From NCBI RefSeq assembly GCF_009914755.1, contig NC_060931.1: a stretch of 64,000 bases of DNA; one strand, 5' to 3'. The translations under genes and the position numbers were made by a program. Origin of the DNA: the human T2T-CHM13v2.0 reference genome, Homo sapiens. Shown here piece after piece: positions 28,216 to 42,805 of the stretch (within the stretch, counting starts at the first letter, position 1; the number at the start of each line of letters is the position of its first letter). Under the pieces are notes generated by a model. That model did no database searches, was not told the origin of the DNA, and worked only from the letters and a program-made list of their open reading frames with translations.

Positions 28216-30882
28216 GGTATAAAAGAAATTTGGCAACATCATTGTCACTAAATACATGTGCATATAGTTAATGGCTCTAGCGGTTAGTAGGCATCCAGGT
28301 TAAAGATGAATAGATTCAGTATCCATTTATTTTTATTTTTTTGGCATGAAAAGCTTTCCAAGAGAAAAATAGCCACAGACAGACATTCAGCTCTTGGTAA
28401 TGCCTTCATGCTTCAGATGGTCATTTCTGAATTTTCTAACATCTCTCTGTTAGAAAGCAAAATTCTTAAAATTTCTTTTCCAAAGAGGCAATTTTCTTAT
28501 AAAACTAGATAAATTTAATGGGGTTGTTGCCATGTACTTTCAGACTAGTTCCTTAAAACAGCAGTCAGTTTTAAGAATTTGACTATTCATAAACACATTC
28601 AAAGAAAGACAAACATTAATTTATATCATTGACTCTATTAGTATTTTTAGAGGTAAAAGAAATAGCTTATATTTTTACATGTCCAGTTTAAAGCACTATA
28701 CTCCTTTTAGTGTTTACAAATAAAGGGCATGTGTTTGGTAACAGTTTCTTTAAAAGAATCACTGAAGTGACAGTGATTATTTAGAAAATATGCTCTAAGA
28801 AAATTTATCATGCTCTTTGCAGGAGACAAAAGAGCCTTCCATTTTTTTTAATCCAAATTCTTGTCAGCAAGTACATGATGGGGTAATAGACAATATATGA
28901 TTATGCTACTTTTTTATATATCAGTAAAGATATTCTTAATTTTTCTTCAGATCTAGGCAGGAGCATTATCGGTGAATATTGATTTACTTACCTTGTGTGT
29001 TACAGATACAAAAATTTTGTCTTTGATTAGATAAATGTACATTTCCTTGCAGTTATTTTCTTTGTTTCACAAGAAAGGCCTCCTTCTATGTGCTTTTCCT
29101 AATTTACATAAGGTACAACACTGATAGCCAAGAGAAGCCACCAAGGTCACACCCATTTAAAAGGACAAGTTTTTATAACTTTGTAAAAACTTGTTTCAGG
29201 TATCAGGACTCAACTCACAAATTATGATTTGATAAGAAAATCTGTTGAAACTTCTTCAGCTCATCTGGTCTCAGAACTATTTTTCAATTTTCCAATAAAT
29301 TGTTTTTCTCACTTTTTACAAATAACGTGAGGCTCCTTGTCTTGTAACAATGCAACTTGGTTGGATGCTTCTAGTAACAAGTTCTCAACCGACACAATAC
29401 TAAATGACCTACAGCTTATTTTATTACAATAAATAGTGCCCTTGTAAATATCAGGACCACATTTAATTTTCACTAATGAGCACTTTGTTGAAATATTCAG
29501 AATGCCTTGGTGATTTGAAACTAGGTACAATGTAAACATTGTAGTCACTAATTTCTAATCATTGTCACTGCAAAAATGATCTATAAAAAGTTATTTTTTC
29601 ATATTTCTTTTACAAAAGGTATACTCAAATATGCCAATACTACCTAGAGCTTCTGTGCAGATTTATTGTGAAGTAAACACCATAACATATGTTAATAATT
29701 AGCATCTCAATAACAATTAGCAGCTCACTAATATAAAATAAAGCCACAACACTGTCATATTATCATCTGTACTGAAGTCAGAAATAAATCTCACAACAGG
29801 AGGAAGTAAACAATACCTGTTCACGAAGTCAACTTACAAAAGTACACTAGCCTGTGCATTGTACCCAGGTTCAAAGCCACTTCTCCCCAGTCATTTCGGG
29901 TTACAGCCAGTGAAATGGGTGTGAAATAGCTGTGCATTGGTCTGTAAGTTATGGCTGTTTTCTAAGAGTTCGTAATTTTAGATTCTGAGCCCATTTTCTG
30001 CCAAATTTTTTTCTTCAGGAATTTTCTGCTGCTTAGGTGGATGTTAGGCCTCTCTAGGGAAGCTTTGCTTTTGTTTCTGCCAGGAATTCCTCACAATAAA
30101 ACACCAAGACCCCTTTCCTTTTAACGTCTTGTCTGGGTTTTCCAATAATTTGCAGTGTGCATAATTCAAACCCAATATATTTCCTTTACATTTTGGAGGA
30201 CGCGTTTTCCCCTTAATTCAGAGCCTAGGCCTAGATGGGCAAACTTTCTTATTGTCTACTCCAGGCTAGCGTGTGAAGGTGTCCTTTCCAAGTTTTCATC
30301 CTGAAGGACCTCTTATTTTATGAGGTTCCAACTGCCTGCCCTTATTGCTCCCAAAGTTTTACTTCCTGTTTCCAAGTGGCTGTGAAACCTAAACCTCTTC
30401 TTTACAGAGAAGATGCTCTCAGGGCACTTGGCATCATTGAGGAGCCTCTGTTTTTGGCCCCTGAAATATCCCCTAATTTTTTTTGAGGTCACATTTCCAC
30501 ATTAAAGGCTAGTTATATTCTATCATACATTTCCAGGTGTTTTGTGCCAGGAAATTCTTTGGAATATTTACCTTCTAGGTGAAAATGGAAATAAATTGTA
30601 AATCGTGTAAATTGTAATACTGCTGATTATGGTGCTCCTGGTGGGGCAGGAAAATAGGGTCTGGAGGCAGGGAACATAAGGCCAATTCACACTTCAGCTG
30701 TGACAGGAAATATCCTCTCCACAGGGCGAAGGCCAAGTAAATGACTTTGTAACTTTACTTCATCCTCTTCATTTACATAGGGCATACCCCCAAGTAGAGG
30801 GTAGTTAAACGCCCCAAAATTCTGTAACAAGGCCTTTGAGCCCCTATGCTCAGGCCTGCTCCCACACTGTGGAGTGTACTTT

Positions 30883-31167
<285 letters not shown>

Positions 31168-31287
31168 TGGAGTGTACTTTCATTTTCAATAAAACCTTTC
31201 CTTCCTTCCTCGCTCTGTTTGTGCGTTTTGTTCAATTCTTTGCTCAAGAAACCAGGAATCTGGACACCCTCCACTGTTAACATATTT

Positions 31288-31305
31288 TGGAGAGCCAGCC
31301 AGGAG
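31288..31305 (+). other. Retroviral primer-binding site complementary to tRNA-Arg(ACG)
   Basis: tggagagccagccaggag versus TGGCGAGCCAGCCAGGAG (17/18), 5 nt after the 5' LTR end. Confidence 0.85.
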
Positions 31306-32258
31306 GAAGAGGTTAGCCCAAAGTTTGGGATTTATTTTTCTCCTTTCTCCTTTTCCTTTCTGCTCCATACAGGGGAATTTCTCTTTCTCTTTCTCTCTTT
31401 CTCTCTCCCTCTCTGTCTGTCTCTGTCTCTGTCTCTCTCTCTCTTTTCCTTTCCAACCGGGGATCCTTGGTGGGCAGCGCCTAAACATGGAAGCAACTGC
31501 AGGTTTCTGGCCATGGCCAGTGAAACTAAGGGGTTTCCATGCGGAGACGCCTAACTGCCAACACCAGGTTTGCTTAAGGAATCTGGGTCTGTTTGATTTT
31601 TGTTTCCTTTCTTTTTCGGTCTTTCAGTGGCTGTTTATAATTGCTCTGCCCCATAGGGGAAAGGACTTTTTAAAAAATCTTTTCTGCAGGTGTTCCCCGA
31701 TCCCTGCGTGTGGTGCACCTCAGAGCAAACTCACACATGTTTCAGGGGACTTAAACATTCTTTTCTTATGCTAAATTCTTCCCTTGTCATACTCAACTGG
31801 CTAAGGACAAAAAGGCCCACCTGGCACCCAGTTCTCATTACAGTTCATGGCTATTCTTACAAAGCTCATAGTATGCTCTGGAGGGGAAAACCGGCACTCG
31901 CCGCTGGTGCCCACCTAAGGTCAGATTGGACCCCACAGGAGGACCGTCCGGGGGGCCTGCAGACCTCAACCTTCCCCAAGGGGATGCTCTCTGCTCTCCG
32001 CAGAGGTTCTGAGGTCTAGTACTAAGCCCTCCTTAGGATTTTCTCTCATAGTTGCAATGCTGTTTGGCCCCAACATTGTTTGGAATCTGGAGTTTACTGT
32101 TGAATGGGAAAGCAGAATGGCATTGCATGTATCCAGGCTTTTGTTCTGCGGTTCTAAGCAGGGGGACTGATTAATGTGTGACACCCCCCTTTGGTACTGT
32201 TTGGCACCAGGGCTCTTTGGAGTCTGGAGAGGTTTGGCCTTTAAGAATCAAACTGCCA

Positions 32259-32574
32259 GGCCAGGTGCGGTGGCTCACACCTGTAATCCCAGCACTTTGA
32301 GAGGCCGAGGCGGATGGATCATGAGGTCAGGAGCTCAAGACCAGCCTGGTCAACATGGTGAAACCCCATCTCTACTAAAAATACAAAAAAATTAGCTGGG
32401 CATGGTGAAGCATGCCTATAATCCCAGCTACTTGGGAGGCTGAGACAGGAGAATTGTTTGAACCGGGATTGGGAGGTGGAGGTTGCAGTGAGCCGAGATC
32501 ATGCCACTGCACTCTAACCTGGGCTACGGAGTGAGACTCTGTCTCAAAAAAAAAAAAAAAAAGAAAAGAAAAAG
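32259..32574 (+). mobile_element. AluSg-like inserted in the ERV internal region
   Basis: Full dimer with short right-arm insertion; imperfect TSD aagaatcaaactgcca / aaaaatcaaactgcta. Confidence 0.93.
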
Positions 32575-35500
32575 AAAAATCAAACTGCTATGGAGACTGC
32601 TTTACCCAAAAGTTTGGTTCACAGCCTTTATTGGATTATCTACTGGGGCAAAGAAGTAAAACCAGCAAGCTTTTATTGCTATCTCATGGCTAAGGTTCCA
32701 AGCCATTGGATCTTCATTTGTGTGTGCATACATGTCTAGAAGTGTTTATTTGTATGTACACTTATTGTTATATGTTTTACCAAAATTGGCTTATAAGTAA
32801 AAGAACGCTCATAAATTAAGTAAATAAGTGTAAGCAATTTTCAAGTTCACGTGACTTAAAGTGTAACTTTACTAAACAAGCTAGCTTTAAAATTATGGGT
32901 GGAATAAAAATAGAAATGCCATCAGAATTGTCAGTATACATTTTTGTCTGAATTTTATGTTTGTCTTTGCTAGATATTTTAAAATGTCAGTGTTAATTCA
33001 AGCTGGGAGCTGCTTGGGGAAAGCCTGCCTCCCATTCTATTCAAAGTCTCACTGAGATAAATACATATCTGATTGCTTCCTCTGGAAAGGCTAATCAGAA
33101 ACTCAAAAGAATGCAACCATTCCTCTCACACCTACCTGTGACCTGGAAGCCCCAACTCCCCTCCCACTTCGAGTTGTCCTGCCTTTCAGGACCAAAGGAA
33201 GGTTCATTTTACATATGTTGATTGGTGTCTCATCTCCCTTGTTAAAAGTAAAAAATTAAGTACAGTGATTAGGATAAATGTTTGAGGTAAACTTTTTGTG
33301 TAAATTAAAATCTTAAAGTTATTCTTAATGCTCATTTAATATCTGGGTCATTTCCAATTAAGAAAGTGTTGTAATATGGGGAAGTATGCTACTAAAATTG
33401 TGGAGTTGTTCTTATCTATAAATGCCCATATCTAATAGTTCAGGATTTCTTGCTTTTTAGGGTTTCACTAAAGTTTCAGTTTACTAAGGATAAAATTCTG
33501 GTTAACACATAATTCTGTATACAAAATGTGCCAGAAAGAGTTATGTTATGAGTGGAAAAAGAATAATTTTGTCTAATTCAAAAGTTATCTAAAAGTTAAA
33601 TTACAGATTTAAAAAGGTTGTTTATGAAACAATGTAGTAAGGAATCATTAAGTAAGGGAGAAAGATGTGGAAAAAGTTTATATAATAAAATATTCTTAAG
33701 AACCTAATAAAGAATTGGGGACATTTTGCAAATTAACATGTTCATAGTTAAAGCTCTTAGTCTTGATTAAAGTCAAATAAGAAGTATTGTAAAAAATGCA
33801 TAGGCAGTTTGGCAATTTTTTTTTAATATAGTTAAGCATGAAGCTGGATTTAGCATGGAGCCAAATTTCACATACATGCTTGCTTTGCTTCACACTATGT
33901 TTACTGTTTTTCATAGATAATGCTAGAGTACTTATTGGTCAGGTGCCTAAAGTGGATTTCTTGATTGGACAGAATGTATAATGATATTGGTGAACTTAAG
34001 AATATTGAATTGTGTGTCAGGAATGAAATATTCATTATGTGGGTTTTGGGGGCCCTAGGTAACACTATAGTCTCCAGGGTAAATTGAGTAGGAAAATTTA
34101 GGGTTGGTTTCCTGTTTGTTTTTGCTTCTAGTTTTCATTTGTTTGCTGTTTATTCTCCTCTGGCTTTGCTTGTGTATCCTTATATATAAAAGCATGATGC
34201 TTTTTAGTTTCTAGTGGAAGGCTTGTATTTGGTTCTATGAATAGTTATTTTGTTTCCTATGCATTTATAGGGAGTCATCATTTATTCCATTTATCTGGAA
34301 TTCCCAAGGTACCTTGGTCAGGCCGCAGTAATTAATGGAACACACCAACTTTTTATCCTTATAAACTAACTTTTTAGATTTTAGGCTAATACTTTAAGCA
34401 TGTTGAGTATACTTTCATAAATAGAATTGGAGTCATATTTCTCTCTCTCTGCCTAATTTCTCCAAAATTTGTAAACTATTTGTGAATATTCTTAATTCAT
34501 GGCAATATGTTTGTTTGCATACAGTCAAGCAGGGTCACTAAGGCTGCTTAGGGAGAGAGAACTCAGAAACCTGGCATGCCAGCAAAAGGATAAGAATTTC
34601 TTACCAGTCAATCTCTGGCCTCTTTCTTTCTGTGCAAACTGGTTAATCACCTCTGTAAAGTTTTAAATTAATTGGTTTAATAATAATGAGAGCTTAAATA
34701 AAATATTTTGCCAGAAAAGTAGAAAACGTACTGCCTCTTAGTTCACATGACTTTAGCAGTCTTTGGGAAATAAAGACGGTTTTACAGATTATTGGTAAAA
34801 TACAATGTATTCAAAATATACACATGTGGTCTAAATTATGTTCAAATATTAGGTTTTCTAAATGCTTTCAGGTCATAAACTGCTTCTTTGGCTTTTGAAA
34901 ATTCTTTAACTTGCCTGCTTTCCAGCTAGATAAGGCCAGGAGAAACGTGGAGTTGGCCACACTCCTAACTATGCTGGAAATAGTCAAACCTTAGAACACA
35001 ACTTACCAGGTTTTACATTAAAGTTAAAATTGCTAAGAGTCGCCACTGTAACTTGCAGTTAATACTACTAGAAACAGTTTCACATGCAAGGTGTGTAAAA
35101 ACAGTAGAATGTATTTTTTCTTTTGTAAAATGTTATAAAAGGTTTTTGCTTCTTTAAAATTTCTGCATCATCATTTTGACAAAATAAGTAATTTATGGTA
35201 AGCTGGAATTCCAAAATCAAACTTCAGTTTCAAATTTGTCTTTCTTAATGCCTGGTTTTCTGGATGGATCAGAGGGCCCCTGAAAACATCCAGAAATGAG
35301 GTAAACAGGGGTATTTGTCATGTTTAGGTACATGGAATTGCCAAAATGATGTTCAATATTCTTTAGGTTATATTTTTGTGAATAATACTAATATATGTTC
35401 CAAAATAGTATGGGATTTCTGAAATAGTATATGCTATCAATTATAATTATGGTTATTATGCTAAGTTATGGTAAACCACAGAAATAACCAAATTTCCTTG

Positions 35501-36420
35501 TATAAAGCTACTAACTCAAGTAGAACAAAAATTAATTAAACACCAGGAAAATACCTTGTCAGATTTTCATGTTAAACCAGCTGATACTGAAATTGTTTAA
35601 ATAGTTTATAAACAGTGCTTGATCCTATATTCCTGGGCACATAATTAAAGCTTCAGGTACAGTTGGTCACTTGGTGGGCCATTTAAACAGTTTATAAAGG
35701 GTCATTGTCAATGCATGTTTTCTGGTTGTATAAAAGTTTTCCCATGGAAGAGGGCTGATATTATAACAGATTATTATGCTACACTGTATTTTCACCAGGT
35801 AAAAAAGCTTTTTATGGTTTGTATCCTCTGAGAACATCGGAGAAAGACTGTCCTTGCCATCCACACTACAACAAAACTTCAGGACCTTGGGCTTTGGGTT
35901 CATAGTCTCAAAATTGAGATCCCACCACACTTTTGGAACTGTGTACCCATTGGAATGTATTTTACCAATAATCTGTAAAACCTTAACAAGGGTAAACTTA
36001 ACCAGGGAAATTTCTCCCAAGAAGAACATGGCATCCTTGATGTGAACAGCCTTTCCCAAGTTCACAGGTTAAGACTTTTACTGTCGTGAAACTCTTTTCT
36101 TTGAATATTTTTTTTCTTGCTCATGCCTCTACAAACAAACAAACAAAAAAGCGGTCTGTTATGTGCACTTATGGGGTTATACTTTTATTTGTGAAGGAGT
36201 TTGCAGCCAGCCTTATACATGGATAACCTTATCTTTGATAGATAAAGACAAAGGCCCAATGTAGGCAAGAAACTTTAATGGTACATACATTGCCTCATAA
36301 TCAGTCAAAAACAAAACATTGGTTCACTCCTCTAAACCCACATCATGGGTTAAAGAGTACACTGCCAGGAGGCCTTCACTCTTCTAGAAGGGCATCATTT
36401 GTTAGGTCCTTTTTCCATGG

Positions 36421-36845
36421 TTTAAAGTAAAAGAAGCAATGATTAGAAATGTATACCTCATGATAGGCTCTGTAGCTAATTCTACTTTAAAGGTTATTGT
36501 TACACAACAGACTTTGAATTCTCTTGTGAAAATTATGCTAAATAATAGAATTTAGTAAACAGAAAAGTACCTGTGCAGCTGCTGACACTTGTGGCCTATG
36601 GAGAAATACATCAAATGCAGATTATAAAAATTCAGTTGTAGAGGATTAATGAAAAGACCACGTAGTCAAGCAAGTAGACTCTTCATTTAGCTCATTCTTT
36701 AATCTATTTAATTTTAGGTGGTTTGGTTTATGGGGACCCTGGGTAAGGAACATACTCTGAACTATTGGTATTATCCTCCCAATAGTCATAGTAATAGTCT
36801 CCCTGGTGAGCTGTATTCTCTCAAAGGTTTTAAATGCTTGCATGC
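36421..36845 (+). pseudogene. Degenerate retroviral env TM-subunit remnant
   Basis: EAMIRNVYLMIGSVANST...QQTLNSLVKIMLNNRI, then KQKSTCAAADTCGLWRNTS (decayed CX6CC), then WFGLWGPW...IGIILPIVIVIVSLVSCIL anchor; stops and frameshifts. Confidence 0.8.
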
Positions 36846-38370
36846 AGCCATCTCTAGAATGTCTTATGGTCTCTCTTCAATGGGAATGACAAGAGCTGAA
36901 AGAAATGTGCAACAGTAAGGACACTGTAATCTATAAATGACATGCTGAGACCAGAAACCCAAAATGATGGTAACTAAGAGTGGTGCTGAGGCCCTAAGTT
37001 TTGGTCATACTTTCACCTAAGTGAGAACCTGACCAAAAAGGGGGAATTTTTAAAACAAAAGTCTGGGAGGCCATTGTTTTGGACTCAGCTCATGCACCAG
37101 GCCCCAACAGACCAAACCAAACCAAAATGGAGTCTTTGTGCTAAGACTTTAAGGAAACACATGGATTCGAGAACAACCAAGTTTTGTTTTTTCTTCTGCA
37201 AATCTTTATAACAAACATTTCTGACAGCATAGGTATCCACCCCCGGAAGTTCCCATTAAATATTTTAAACAAATTCATTTCCTCTAGCCTAGAGACTATC
37301 CTCCTTCAGATGATCATGCAACAAAGGTTCCAACCAGTTCCAGGTGAAGACACCACCCCTGGCCATCAAGACGCTACCCTGCCTCCACTAGATAGAGCAG
37401 GATGAGTTCTGTGATCCCCAACAGATAGGGCCACTATGCCTCAAGCCAGCATGAAGCAGTTACAGAAAAAAGATCATTGGTCCCTCTGCCTCCCACAAAG
37501 ATTTATGGGGATCACATCTCTCCGTGGGGAGATGAGGCAGGAAAATAGGGTCTGGAGGCAGGGAACATAAGCCGATTCACACTTCAGATATGACAGGAAA
37601 TATCCTCTCCATATGTCTGTAGGCCAAGTAAATGACTTTGTAACTTTACTTCATCCTCTTCATTTACATAGGGTATACCCCAAGTACTGGGTATTTAAAC
37701 GCCCCAAAATTCTGTAACAGGCCTTTGAGCCCCTATGCTCAGGCCTGCCCACACATGGTGGAGTATACTTTCATTTTCAGTAAAACCCATCATTTCTTCC
37801 TTGCTTTGTGTGTTTTGTCCAATGCTTTTTTCAAGAGGCCAAGAACCTGGACACCCTCCACCGTTAACACTGGGATCAGGAATAGCAGGAGGCAGCAGCA
37901 ATTTGTTCTTTCGTAACTTAATTTGAGTTGTCTATAATTTACATTTGAAACAAATTTGTACATCTTACAACCCCAAATGGAGCATCTTAGTGAGTGACAT
38001 GCAACCTAGATAAGAATAACTATACCAGGCTGCAAGCTTTTTGAAAGCAGATAAGTTAGTTCTCAGAATGACCAGAGGCACCACCATACAGTTTGGCCCA
38101 ATGTTTGCACTGTATTTTAAAAGTGAGGCTTCATGTAAAAGGAATGCATTGGGCCTTGAAGGATAAGAAGAATACTAAGAGGTACAGAAGAGAGTAAAGG
38201 ATGCATTAAATTGAATTCAAAATCCAGAGTTCTTAAAGCTGATGCTATAATCCAAGGATGAAAGCAGATGAGTAGATGTCATTACGTAATGACAGTAGCC
38301 AAAAGAGATTTCAAATATCCTTGGAAGTCATAGTGGTTAGGAATTGCCTTTATTATAAAACACGTGATAT

Positions 38371-38757
<387 letters not shown>

Positions 38758-40209
38758 CTAGTGCCTGATTTTGTCAAAACAAAGGTGTGTGCCACCCAAT
38801 TCTTGCTTCTGTGAAATATGCATTTTCTAGCAACCAGTTTATCATCATGATGCAGTTTATTACCATGACCTAAGAGTTTTCTTAGAAACATGAGCTTCAG
38901 ATCAATAAATCAATTGGCAATAACAAATTTGAAGTTGGCAATAGCTAATGGCATCTGTAAAATTTATCTCATTAAGACATGCTAACATACATTTGGAAAT
39001 TAGTTTATCTGGGAGGATATAGCAGAATCTTGTGTACGTGTTTTTTGGGTGCTATATTAGGAGTCTTTTGTTGTTGTTATTTTAGAAACAAAAGGTAGAC
39101 ACTCTATATCCGAACTGCTTCAATTAAAATTTTCAAGACATAGAGATCATGTGGAGAAAAATATTTAATCACATGGGAAATCATCTATGAAAGATTTCCA
39201 GATGTTTATAAAATAATGATTGCTATGATTTGAGATACTTTTCCACCACAGGAATCGTGAGAGTAGTCTTTGTGGTTATGTTTTTGTCAGATGATAGAAG
39301 GGTATTGTAACTAAAGGGCTGGGACTAAGGATTGGCTCTACTTTCAATAACTATGCTAGGTTGGTTATTTAACTCTGTAAACAAGAGCTTCTTCACACAT
39401 AAAATGTGAATATTAATTTGTATGTGTTGCCAAAAACCTTCAGAAAAACCTTGTGCCAATTCAATTTGAATTCCCACAGAAATGAGCTGTCAATTCCCCA
39501 TACCATTTCCAACAAAAAATATCATCTGCTTTATTTTATAATTCAATACAAAAAAAAATTAGATTGTTTCATTTTCCTTTCTTTACTTGCTAGTAAAGTT
39601 GGTAATATTTTTCATATATTAACTTTCAATTCCTGTTGAGATTTTTTCCTTCTGATTATAAAATCACTTTATTGACTAAAAATATTAATATTTGAAATTA
39701 CTTTATAAATGCTTCAAATATATTTGTGCTAATGTTTTGTTTCCTTTTTAATTTGCTTTATGCTATTTTTGGACTGAAGACAGGTTAACTGTCTTTGTAG
39801 TTAGACCTAGCAATCTTGTCCTACATGAGGTCCCAACTCTCTTAGATGTCACACAGGTTAATTTGCATATAATGAGAATTCATGCTTGCCTTGTGATGAC
39901 CCTTCCTAAATTAACATTTCATAATTATTTTCATATGTTTCTTCATATTAAAGATTGTTACATATTAATTTTTTATCTTTTTAAAGTAGGAAACAGTGTT
40001 CATTGTTTTCCAAAATGGATTCTTATTCTAACTTCATTTATGTAATAATTTATCATTAACCTACTATTTTATATCTTGGATCCTAGACGTACTATTATTT
40101 TCCATTGATATATATATATATATATATATATGTATCTATCATTTACTAGAAATATATATTTTAATGCTATAACTTTCTAACATTTTTATGTTTGCTAAGC
40201 CAAAATTGG

Positions 40210-40602
40210 TATTTCTCTTAGGATACTTTGAACAGCCATTACAAAATACCATACATAGCATGGCTTAAACAAAAGAAATTATTTTTTCACAGTTCTAGAG
40301 GTTGGTAAGTCCAAGATAAAGATCTGGCAGTGTTCAGTTTCTGGTGAGGGCTCTCTTCCTGGTTTGCAGGTAGCCACCTTCTCATTGTGTCCTCATATGG
40401 CAGAGAGGGAGAGCAAGCTCTCTGGTGTCTTTTCTTAGAAGGACATGAATACCATCAGACCATGTCCTCACCTTCATTTCTTCCTCTAATCCTAATTACC
40501 TCCAAATACAAACATGAGTAATTTCCAAATGCAGTCACACTGGGAGTTATGGCTTCAATGTGTGAACTGAGAAGGGGGGGTATAATCATTCAGTCCATAA
40601 CA
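40210..40602 (-). mobile_element. MLT1A-like MaLR LTR
   Basis: cacagttctagaggttggtaagtccaagat...tctggtgagggctctcttcctgg...cattcagtccataaca. Confidence 0.85.
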
Positions 40603-42195
40603 GTATTGAACTTCCATTTATAAATAACATAAATTTTTGTTATTTGTTTATTCTTACAGATAAAATTCATCCATCTCTGCCCTGGCTTTAGGTAATAATA
40701 CTCTATTGAGTTTACTTTCATATGTCAGCTTCAATCTTTTTTTGAACAAAGTGTAGTATAAAAAATTTTATTGTACTAGAGAATTTTGGCTTCAACTTAT
40801 TTTTTCTAAATGATGCATTTTGATAACTTCCACCTAAAGTTTGGTTGGAAGTATTTTTAGAGAAAAGGTATTTAAATTTAGTAACAGTGTCTTCAGTAAA
40901 GTTAAGCTCACCCATCTGATGGTAGGAAATGTATAGCTTTTTGCCTACTCTCAAGAAATCAAATATTCTTTCCTGAACCAATACTTCTAGTCCCATAAGA
41001 GAAAAAATTTGAATGATTTTATACATGAAGAACAGAGATCATTTATTCTTATACCTATTGGAATGTAGGAATTCACACATGAAATGAAAGTGACACTGAT
41101 AAGTTTGCAGAAGTGCAACTATGAAGGACATCTACTGAGAAACTGTGTCTTAGAGTGTATTGGGATGTATTATTGAAAGCTGGCATAAGGAGAATAGGTT
41201 CATTAGCTTATGACATCTTCTGAGTCATGGTTGAAGCCATTCAAGTCACTTTATTAAATTTCTCCCTACAAAGATTTTTGGCCTGGTTTATTGTGTTTTC
41301 CAGACATAATAAGCCTAAAGGGGGGATTGTAACAGAGTCATGACTACCACTAACCATTTTAGCTCACTAAGAACACATATGAAAGTGTTCACCATGCAAG
41401 AGTATGCACAGGCTCTAAACAATGTCTGTGGTTTTAAATATTTTTTTATGAGAAGTTATTGTCTTTTCCATAGGATCCAGTGTTAGAATTCTAACTGTTC
41501 TCAAGTAGCAAAAAGAGTGTAAACAAAATCATAAGATTAAAAAATTGGCACTATCTATAAAGGCAAATTTTCTTTCTATATGCTTCTGCCAATGAAAGTA
41601 ATGTACAGAATTTTATTGATGTAAGTCTTGAACAAGCCAAGTAAAATATATTCTTGCATTAAAATTTTTTTTAGAAAAACTTAGAATTTTTGCCTCTATA
41701 CTTCATGTTTGTGAGACTCTGAGGCTGATCTCTCAGAATCTTTATCAGTAAAGAATATTAAGATATTTCTTCCTTGAAAACCAGAGAGGGTGAGAAGAGG
41801 AAGACAAACCACCAAAACAGATTAAAATGTATCAAACTAACTTCTTAAAACTCTAGGATATATGTTTGCTTGCTTATGGAAATATGTTTAACCACAAAAT
41901 AATCCTTCCAACAACTTCTGAAATACAACCAGAGGTATCAGCACTCTTCATCTAAGTTCAGATTTGTAAGACAATCAAATTAGTTTAGAAGTCACACAGG
42001 TTAATTTGCATATAATGACAATTGTATCAATGTATGTTACAATTAGAATATTTTTGGACCAACATGCTACTCTCTCAATTTAGATCCATACCCAAGACTC
42101 TGAAATGTAACCATTTACAACTTTCCCTCATTTTTATTTCTCTAGAATGTGCTTTCAAAGGGATAACAATGTCACAAGCAGTGACTCATTCTTAC

Positions 42196-42341
42196 CAGAA
42201 CACTGATGGTCACCTGAGCAGTACCACTTCTCTGTCTGAGGGGGTCAGGGATGGCATCGTTGTCCAAGTCTGTTACTTTTACAGCTATCTTGTACTGTGA
42301 TTCAATTTCTCTGTTTAGTGAATCTAATAGCTTTATCACTC
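42196..42341 (-). pseudogene. Cadherin pseudogene exon J (146 nt, phase 1-0); last recognisable exon
   Basis: tttatttttgcatcag| GVIKLLDSLNREIESQYKIAVKVTDLDNDAIPDPLRQRSGTAQVTISVL |gtaaga. Confidence 0.9.
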
Positions 42342-42805
42342 CTGATGCAAAAATAAAGGGAGACCTGTTATCCCAGGATTAGTAAATATTTTCAATTTAT
42401 TCTAAAATGTTAATTCTATAAATGAAATCATTACAATAATGAATAGAAATTAACTAATACAAATCAATTCATTATATATTCATACCCCTAAAGTGTAATT
42501 ATAACAGGTATTAAAGTATGCACTATTTTACTCACCTGTTAAGTCATGTTCTTGGATACATGGAAAAGCACATGTGCATAGCCTTTCTGAAGATCAATAT
42601 AGCAAAGATCAAAGCTTTAGTGCTTTGCCTTAGGTAAGTAAGAATTTATGGATACAGCTAACAAATCCAGGTGAACATTAAATAGTTCAAGAGAAAGTTT
42701 TTAAGATGTTCTCATGATCATAGTTTCTAAATAAAATAAATTTCCAATGAGTGTATATGAGCTCTTTACTTTTATGATTAATTGATGTCAGCGTTTTTAC
42801 AATAC

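Noticed and set aside
28985-29070. Minus-strand AAG|gtaagt donor preceded by DKIFVSVTHK
   Set aside because: Upstream in-frame stop, no good acceptor, and only faint cadherin resemblance.
30780-30789. p53 site in the MER61-type LTR (some MER61 subfamilies carry one)
   Set aside because: GGGCATACCC here, and GGGTATACCC in the 3' LTR, lack the CWWG core and have no adjacent good half-site.
42687-42805. Extension of exon I (GIVKTLTSINHK...) as coding sequence
   Set aside because: Exon J supplies the proper continuation (GVIKLLDSLNRE) in matching phase from the donor at 42804..42805.
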